In this document: positions 58,282 through 64,000 of the stretch, piece by piece
Numbering within the stretch: position 1 is the first letter of the stretch
How the letters are laid out: every line of letters starts with the position of its first letter
The notes under the pieces: generated by a model
What the model saw: only the letters and a program-made list of their open reading frames with translations
Told to the model about the DNA's origin: nothing
Databases searched by the model: none
DNA from: a virus
Taxonomy: Duplodnaviria > Caudoviricetes
IMG/VR virus record: IMGVR_UViG_3300002220_003476
Coordinates: 15,495-79,494 of that record
Length of the DNA: 64,000 bases
Strand: one strand, 5' to 3'
Made by a program: the position numbers and the translations under genes

Positions 58282-59391
58282 ATGACAGAAAATTTTACAG
58301 TAAATGATGATTTTATAGTTGACTTTAAGAACAAAGCCGAAGAAGAAAAGGTTATTGCACCCTCAAAAGAAGGTGTCAAAAAATTAAAAGGAATACTTAC
58401 CAATAAAGTAGCAATAGTTGAATCTCCACCTTTAACAGAAAAATTATTTGAAATTAAAGATCAAGAAGCAGTTATAAAGAATACGGTATTATTGACTGGT
58501 GGATCGGGATTCTTCGGATCGCACATCAAAAACGCCTTAGAAAAAGCCGGATATAATGTTTTTACCTTCAATAGTAAAAAATATGATATATCAGTTTACG
58601 AAGCAGTAAGAGCAGCTTTTATTGATTCAAAACCAGATTTTGTAATTCATGCTGCTGGGTTTAACGGTGGGATTGAGTTTAACCGAAAGTATCCCGCTCA
58701 GATTTTAGAAGCTAATATAAGAATGTCTCTAAATGTATTTGATGCTTGTAAGGAATTTAAGGTTAAAAAACTGGTATCAATTATTAGTTCTTGTGCTTAT
58801 CCAGACGGTGAAGAATTAATTACAGAAGATTCACTATTTAACGGTAGGTCTAATGATAGTATTGCTGCTCATAGTTTTGCTAAAAGGTTATTACAAGAGG
58901 CTTCAACAGCCTATAATAAACAGTATAAATTAAATGCTGTAACTGTTGCTGTAACAAATCTATTTGGACCAAGAGCTAATTTTCATCCAGAAAACTCTAA
59001 AGTTGTTGAAGGTGTAATTTCTAAACTTGTTAAAGCAAGAAACGAAGAAAAAGAAAGTGTTGAATTTTGGGGTTCTGGAGAACCAAAAAGACAATTTATG
59101 TTTGCTCCAGATGCAGCAAAATATGTTGTAAAAGCACTTGAGTCATACTCTGATAATACAAAGCCTTTAAATATTGGACCAGAACACGAATCAACAATTA
59201 AAGATTTGGTAAATATTGTGGCAGATATTGTAGGTTATAAAGGTGAGATTATTTGGGATGGTAGGCCAGATGGACAAATGCGTAAAATGTTAGATGTATC
59301 AACACTTAAGAGTTTATTTGGCTTAGATACAACTAGCTTTATTAAAGCTTTAAAAGAGACAGTATCATGGTACGAAAATGAAAAAAAATAA
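58282..59391 (+). CDS. fcl: GDP-L-fucose synthase (Fcl/WcaG-like) with N-terminal extension
   Basis: TGGSGFFG, VIHAAG.NGGI..N..YPA, SSCAYP, NLFGP..NF, WGSG.P.RQF. Confidence 0.85.
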   Translation: MTENFTVNDDFIVDFKNKAEEEKVIAPSKEGVKKLKGILTNKVAIVESPPLTEKLFEIKDQEAVIKNTVLLTGGSGFFGSHIKNALEKAGYNVFTFNSKKYDISVYEAVRAAFIDSKPDFVIHAAGFNGGIEFNRKYPAQILEANIRMSLNVFDACKEFKVKKLVSIISSCAYPDGEELITEDSLFNGRSNDSIAAHSFAKRLLQEASTAYNKQYKLNAVTVAVTNLFGPRANFHPENSKVVEGVISKLVKARNEEKESVEFWGSGEPKRQFMFAPDAAKYVVKALESYSDNTKPLNIGPEHESTIKDLVNIVADIVGYKGEIIWDGRPDGQMRKMLDVSTLKSLFGLDTTSFIKALKETVSWYENEKK

Positions 59392-59788
59392 CATTGGTAT
59401 ATTAGTTGACAATTTTCTTCCTTCACAATTAACTGAAGATATTTCTAATTTAGATTGTACTTTTTTTGTTAGAGACAATCTTGTTGGATCTACTTCAAAC
59501 ACGCCTGTATTTAGTTTATACGAATTAAGTTATTTTAATGGCATGTTATGGACATTTGATTTAAACAACGCAGACTATGCCTTAAAATGTAATGGTATGT
59601 TTGATGTTAATCTATATTTATATGACTTAGAGTGGATAAGAAGAAATATAGATTTTAAATTATCATCTACTATCATGAGACAAGTTAATAATCTATTTGT
59701 AAGATCTGAATCTTATGTAAAACCGGTACAAAATTACTGTAATAGAAAACCGTCAACCAACGAATCATTTTTAAGGATGATAATATGA
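59378..59788 (+). CDS. hypothetical protein
   Basis: ORF at end of sugar cluster. Confidence 0.55.
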   Translation: MKKNNIGILVDNFLPSQLTEDISNLDCTFFVRDNLVGSTSNTPVFSLYELSYFNGMLWTFDLNNADYALKCNGMFDVNLYLYDLEWIRRNIDFKLSSTIMRQVNNLFVRSESYVKPVQNYCNRKPSTNESFLRMII

Positions 59789-60555
59789 ATATAGAAGAAT
59801 TAAAACAGTTATATTTCGATGAAGAAAAATCCATAGTTGAAATAGCTGACATATTTGGAACATACCCAAATAAAATAGCAAGAATTCTCAAAAAGAATGG
59901 TTATCAACTACGAGATAAAAGTACAGCACAAAAAAACGCTTTAAAAAAGGGTACTACTACACACCCAACCGAAGGAAAAGAAAGATCTGAAAAAGAAAAA
60001 AATAAAATATCAAATTCTATGCACAAGTCTTGGAAAGATATGTCAGATGATAAGCGTGATGAACGTAAACAGATGGCTAAAGAACAATGGGATAAAATGA
60101 CTGATGAACAGAAGGAAGAGCTTAGAAATTTAGCACATCAAGCCCTCAGAAAAACCGCCTCAGAGGGATCAAAAATGGAAAAATTCCTAAAAATCGGTTT
60201 ACAAGACGCTGGTTTCGACGTTATACTTCACCAGAGGGGTCTAGTGCCGAACACGTCACTAGAAGTTGACCTTCATGTTCCAGAAATTAGAACTATTATT
60301 GAAGTTGATGGCCCTTCACACTTTATAGATATCTGGGGTAAAGAAACTTTAGATAAAAACATGAGAGCAGATCAAGAAAAAACTGGACTGTTCTTATCAC
60401 GAGGTTTTTGTGTTATTAGACTAAAACACATTCAGAAAAGTGATTCTAACTATTTATATAGAACAACCTTAGCTAAGGTGCTAAAAGTTGTGAAAAAAAT
60501 TAAAAGAAGTTTTCCACCTATTGGTCAACGATATATTGAACTGGAGGCAATGTGA
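59785..60555 (+). CDS. HTH + Vsr/DUF559-like endonuclease (homing-endonuclease-like)
   Basis: SIVEIADIFGTYPNKIARIL; SKMEKFL; EVDLHVP...IEVDGPSHF; D.EK...G..VIR. Confidence 0.75.
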   Translation: MNIEELKQLYFDEEKSIVEIADIFGTYPNKIARILKKNGYQLRDKSTAQKNALKKGTTTHPTEGKERSEKEKNKISNSMHKSWKDMSDDKRDERKQMAKEQWDKMTDEQKEELRNLAHQALRKTASEGSKMEKFLKIGLQDAGFDVILHQRGLVPNTSLEVDLHVPEIRTIIEVDGPSHFIDIWGKETLDKNMRADQEKTGLFLSRGFCVIRLKHIQKSDSNYLYRTTLAKVLKVVKKIKRSFPPIGQRYIELEAM

Positions 60556-61469
60556 GTTATTCAATGCTTGAACTTGAGCATATTCAAGAAGCAGTAATTG
60601 AAGAAGGAATTCTCGATAAAGAGGATGTATCTAAATTTGAAGACAAAGAACAGTTGATAGACTGGTTAGTAAAATATAATATAGATTACGAACAATTGTG
60701 CTCAAAATATTTTGATGTTGAAGAAATAGAATTTGAAGAAGAGCAATATACTCCTGAAGTAAATGAAGAAGAAAAGAAGGAGTTTGTTGTTAAAATCAAG
60801 GAACCTAAATATACTTCTCCTCAATGGCACGACTTTATTCTGTCTCAATTTGAGCCTTCAGAATTAGACAATCTTGGTAATCCACTACTTACTGGACTAA
60901 GAAGATTAACAGAAAAATATATCGGTGAGATTTTATTTAGTGGTGCTATAGATATTAAAACTGTTCCACCGGATGATAATGACTGTGGATGGTGTCTATG
61001 TAATTATAAAGTTGATATTGCGTGGAAAAAAGATGTTGAATTTATTAGTGTAAGCGTAGACGGATTAAGATATACTACAAAAAGTTTTCTTGGTATTGCA
61101 GAAGCTCATAAAAACAATCTTCAAAGACCTTATGATAAATTCGTTGCTGCTATGGCCGAGTCTAGAGCAGAAAGTAGAGCACTAAGAAAAGCCTTACAAT
61201 TAAAAGTTGTGTCTTCTGAAGAATTAGACATCACAGAAAAAGCAGAAATGGATCAAACTGCTATTACGGGTCCACAAAGATCACATATTAAGCTTGTATG
61301 TAGTCAACATGGAATTGATCCTGAAAAGCTTTCCCAATTAAAGTGTAGTAAGAGTTTTGGTGATTTATTGCGAGAAGAGGGTCTTCTTGTAATGAGTGAA
61401 CTAAAGAAATATGTAAAGAATCCTGAGTCAATTGAAGAGGAAATTAAAGTAGATGAAAGTAACGATTAA
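60552..61469 (+). CDS. possible ssDNA-annealing protein (Rad52/Sak-like)
   Basis: AMAESRAESRALRKALQL resembles the AETRAxxRALR motif. Confidence 0.35.
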   Translation: MSYSMLELEHIQEAVIEEGILDKEDVSKFEDKEQLIDWLVKYNIDYEQLCSKYFDVEEIEFEEEQYTPEVNEEEKKEFVVKIKEPKYTSPQWHDFILSQFEPSELDNLGNPLLTGLRRLTEKYIGEILFSGAIDIKTVPPDDNDCGWCLCNYKVDIAWKKDVEFISVSVDGLRYTTKSFLGIAEAHKNNLQRPYDKFVAAMAESRAESRALRKALQLKVVSSEELDITEKAEMDQTAITGPQRSHIKLVCSQHGIDPEKLSQLKCSKSFGDLLREEGLLVMSELKKYVKNPESIEEEIKVDESND

Positions 61470-61800
61470 TACAGATATTGGTCAAATTGAGTTTGAAGCA
61501 GAACAAATGAAAGAAGTGTTTGAAAAATCTGCTGATATTCAAGAAGTTTTTAATGGTCTCAAATTTACATCAAAGGATGGAAAGTTTAGTACCGATAATG
61601 TTCGTTTAGTTGTTAGAACAGATGACGACGATAATAAGTATTATGAAGCCGTGGTTATGGAACCCGGACCATATATGTACGCTAGAAAGAAATTTGGTTG
61701 TAATAAAAAGGGTGGCGGACTTTTCCCAAAGAAGGCAGATGGTCATCGATCTTATTGGGTAAAATACAACAAGGATACACAAACAGAGGAAGAAGTATAG
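61453..61800 (+). CDS. hypothetical protein
   Basis: ORF. Confidence 0.6.
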   Translation: MKVTINTDIGQIEFEAEQMKEVFEKSADIQEVFNGLKFTSKDGKFSTDNVRLVVRTDDDDNKYYEAVVMEPGPYMYARKKFGCNKKGGGLFPKKADGHRSYWVKYNKDTQTEEEV

Positions 61801-61802
61801 TT

Positions 61803-61997
61803 ATGACAAATTGGACAGTAATTAAGAGTGTTGTAGGTGAAAGTAATATTCGAGAGTTTGCAAGTGGAGACTTATCTGGTAGAGGTCTTTATGAACTTGC
61901 TAGAAATACCGATGCTGGTGGAGAAGTTAGAACTCTACTTAGAAATCGTGGAGTAAGTGGTGCTAGAACCCTTGCACGTAAGAGCGTAACACGCTAA
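61803..61997 (+). CDS. small Arg/Gly-rich protein
   Basis: 64 aa, purine-rich RBS-like leader, followed by terminator. Confidence 0.6.
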   Translation: MTNWTVIKSVVGESNIREFASGDLSGRGLYELARNTDAGGEVRTLLRNRGVSGARTLARKSVTR

Positions 61998-62032
61998 TAC
62001 AGGCTCTGGGATGCCTCGTGGTTAATCTCGTT

Positions 62033-62073
62033 AAACATCCGTGACATTTGTGTCGCGGGTGTTTTATTTTTTT
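62033..62073 (+). terminator. Rho-independent terminator
   Basis: catccgtgaca-tttg-tgtcgcgggtg stem (with G:U pairs) followed by ttttattttttt. Confidence 0.8.
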
Positions 62074-62104
62074 AAATGTATATCTGGTGAAATAAGGTAG
62101 TACA

Positions 62105-64000
62105 ATGAATCAATCGGACAAGTTAAAATTTTATTTAGAACACAACAGGAATGTGTTATTAGTTGGTCCTCACGGATGTGGAAAATGCTTAGGCAAAGGA
62201 ACTCCAGTATTAATGTTTAATGGTACAGTTAAAAATGTAGAAAACATAAAAGTTGGAGACCTAATAATGGGTCCAGACTCTAGTCCTAGAAAAATCTTAA
62301 GTCTAGCTAGAGGAATAGAAGAAATGTATAAAATAATACCAAAAAAAGGTGAACCATTTATTTGTAATGGGTCACATATTCTATCACTAAAACACACAGA
62401 AAAAGATGGTATAATTGATATTTCAGTAAATGATTTTCTAAAAAAGAGTAATTATTTTAAATCTAGGTGTATGTTATTTAGGACTGGAGTAGAATTTTCT
62501 AATAATGAAAAATTAGAAGAATCTCCCTATTTACTAGGTCTATGGTTAGGAGACGGATCTAAATATGGCCCCGTAATAACAAATACTGACCAAGAAATTA
62601 TAAACTATATATATAACTATGCATCAACAAATAATTTGTCAATATCTAAAAATGATATATCATACAGGATCTCTTCAAATCAAAAGGCTAAAAAAATAGC
62701 AGGAAGAAATACATTTTTAAATTTTTTAAACAAAAATAATTTAATTAAAAATAAACATATTCCGCAGAGTTATTTAACATCTTCTATAGAAAACAGAAGA
62801 GAATTATTAGCCGGAATAATAGACAGTGATGGATATCTATATAATAACTGTGTAAACATAATTCAAAAATGTAAAAAATTATCTGAAGATATTTTATTTT
62901 TATCGAGAAGTATTGGATTAGCGGCTTATATTAAAACTTGTATTAAAGGATGTTGGTATAAAGGTGAATATAAAAAGGGTTTATATTATAGAATATCTAT
63001 ATCTGGAGATATTTGTAAAATACCATGTCTATTAGCAAGAAAACAGGCCACTAAAAATTTATCAAATAGAAACCAATTACACACATCTATAAAAGAAATT
63101 ATACCAATCGGGGAAGATAATTATTATGGCTTTACAATAGATGGCGATCACAGATTTTTATTAGGTGACTTTACAGTTACTCATAATACAGAAACTGTTA
63201 AACAAGTATTTAATGAAGCAGGTCTCAAATGGAAATATTTCTCTGGTCCAACTATGGACCCTTGGATTAACTTCGTTGGAGTCCCGAAAGAGAAAAATGG
63301 CAAACTGGAGTTTATTCTTCCTTCGGATTTTTCTGATGATAGTGTAGAAGCTATTTTTATTGATGAACTCAATAGAAGTCATGCACAAATTAGAAATGCT
63401 GTCATGGAACTTATTCAGTTTAAATCTATTAACGGTAGAAAATTCAACAATATTAAAGTTGTGTGGGCGGCTATTAATCCTCAAAATGACGACGAATATG
63501 ATGTTGAAAAATTAGATCCAGCATTACAAGATAGATTTCATGCTCAAATTTATTTTAAGAATGAACCTAATGTGGAATACTTTACAAAAAAATATGGAAC
63601 ACAAGGAGTAAGAGCTTGTGATTGGTGGAATACATTATATGCAGAACAAAAGAAACAGGTATCGCCACGTAGATTAGATTATGCAATTGAGCTACTTAAT
63701 ATAAATGGAGATATACACGATATTTTTCCAGAAACTATTAACTGCTCTTCTTTCGTAAAAACATTGAACACTGGTTCTTCATTTGAACAATTTATGTCTC
63801 TAGAAGACAGTCAAAAAAAAACATTTGTGAACACTAATTTTGACAGCTTGTGTAATTTAATTAAGGTAAATGAAACAATAGCCAATAAAATATCTATATA
63901 TTTTTCTGATGAAAGAATTCAGTCTTTAATATCTAAACATGATCAAGATAATAGTATACTAGTTAATTGTTTAAAGAGTTTTTATACTAATAAAGATTAT
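62105..64000 (+). CDS. MoxR-like AAA+ ATPase with cis-intein; runs off window end
   Basis: translated by hand: NVLLVGPHGCGK|intein|TETV..., IFIDELNR (Walker B), VWAAINP, LDPALQDRF; no stop before 64000. Confidence 0.88.
   Translation, partial: MNQSDKLKFYLEHNRNVLLVGPHGCGKCLGKGTPVLMFNGTVKNVENIKVGDLIMGPDSSPRKILSLARGIEEMYKIIPKKGEPFICNGSHILSLKHTEKDGIIDISVNDFLKKSNYFKSRCMLFRTGVEFSNNEKLEESPYLLGLWLGDGSKYGPVITNTDQEIINYIYNYASTNNLSISKNDISYRISSNQKAKKIAGRNTFLNFLNKNNLIKNKHIPQSYLTSSIENRRELLAGIIDSDGYLYNNCVNIIQKCKKLSEDILFLSRSIGLAAYIKTCIKGCWYKGEYKKGLYYRISISGDICKIPCLLARKQATKNLSNRNQLHTSIKEIIPIGEDNYYGFTIDGDHRFLLGDFTVTHNTETVKQVFNEAGLKWKYFSGPTMDPWINFVGVPKEKNGKLEFILPSDFSDDSVEAIFIDELNRSHAQIRNAVMELIQFKSINGRKFNNIKVVWAAINPQNDDEYDVEKLDPALQDRFHAQIYFKNEPNVEYFTKKYGTQGVRACDWWNTLYAEQKKQVSPRRLDYAIELLNINGDIHDIFPETINCSSFVKTLNTGSSFEQFMSLEDSQKKTFVNTNFDSLCNLIKVNETIANKISIYFSDERIQSLISKHDQDNSILVNCLKSFYTNKDY
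62186..63187 (+). mobile_element. LAGLIDADG intein in AAA+ Walker A (334 aa)
   Basis: GK|CLGKGTPVLM, CNGSHIL, PYLLGLWLGDG, LLAGIIDSDG, YYGFTIDGDHRFLLGDFTVTHN|T. Confidence 0.92.

Noticed and set aside
2532-63484. Short minus-strand ORFs in the track (e.g. 2949-3290, 38928-39272, 63161-63484)
   Set aside because: All lie antisense to well-supported + strand genes and show no recognisable motifs, so they are treated as shadow ORFs.
1-64000. tRNA, rRNA, CRISPR arrays, tandem repeats
   Set aside because: None were recognised. Intergenic spaces are mostly under 100 bp and no repeat-spacer periodicity was seen. A tRNAscan-SE run would confirm.
1-64000. Cellular (CPR) or eukaryotic giant-virus origin
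   Set aside because: There are no ribosomal or cell-envelope core genes. DnaE, DnaB, DnaG, sigma-like factors, bacterial-type terminators and coupled operons favour a bacteriophage. No capsid or terminase gene is in the window, so this remains an inference.

Overview
This very AT-rich, gene-dense 64 kb window is encoded almost entirely on the + strand with overlapping stop/start codons. It looks like part of a large (jumbo-type) tailed dsDNA bacteriophage genome. It carries a replication/recombination module (SSB, RecA-like, DnaB, DnaG, RecB/Cas4-like nuclease, ATP-dependent ligase, DnaE, DEDDh exonuclease) and a nucleotide-metabolism module (class II RNR, dCMP deaminase, dUTPase, dNMP kinase, DHFR, ThyA), plus PhoH and two small sigma-like factors. 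A DUF1501 gene with a twin-arginine N-terminus hints at a Planctomycetota/PVC-type host (inference). Four features stand out. (1) A fractured DNA ligase is joined by a natural split intein in the KxDG|xR active site, with a decayed Vsr-like endonuclease remnant between the halves. (2) DnaE is encoded as two separate genes with no split intein, flanking a phosphatase and a proofreading exonuclease. (3) There are four cis-inteins: one in RNR, two in DnaE (one with an HNH domain), and one in the Walker A motif of a MoxR-like ATPase that the ORF track missed. (4) There is an unusually large glycan-building system: about 12 glycosyltransferase-like genes, nucleotide-sugar enzymes, sugar O-methyltransferases and a FrhB-like + pyruvyl-transferase pair, with no flippase or polymerase seen in the window. 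An RlmN-like radical SAM enzyme and a Rieske-motif protein are also present. No tRNA, rRNA or CRISPR array was recognised. All family assignments come from motif recognition by eye, not database searches.
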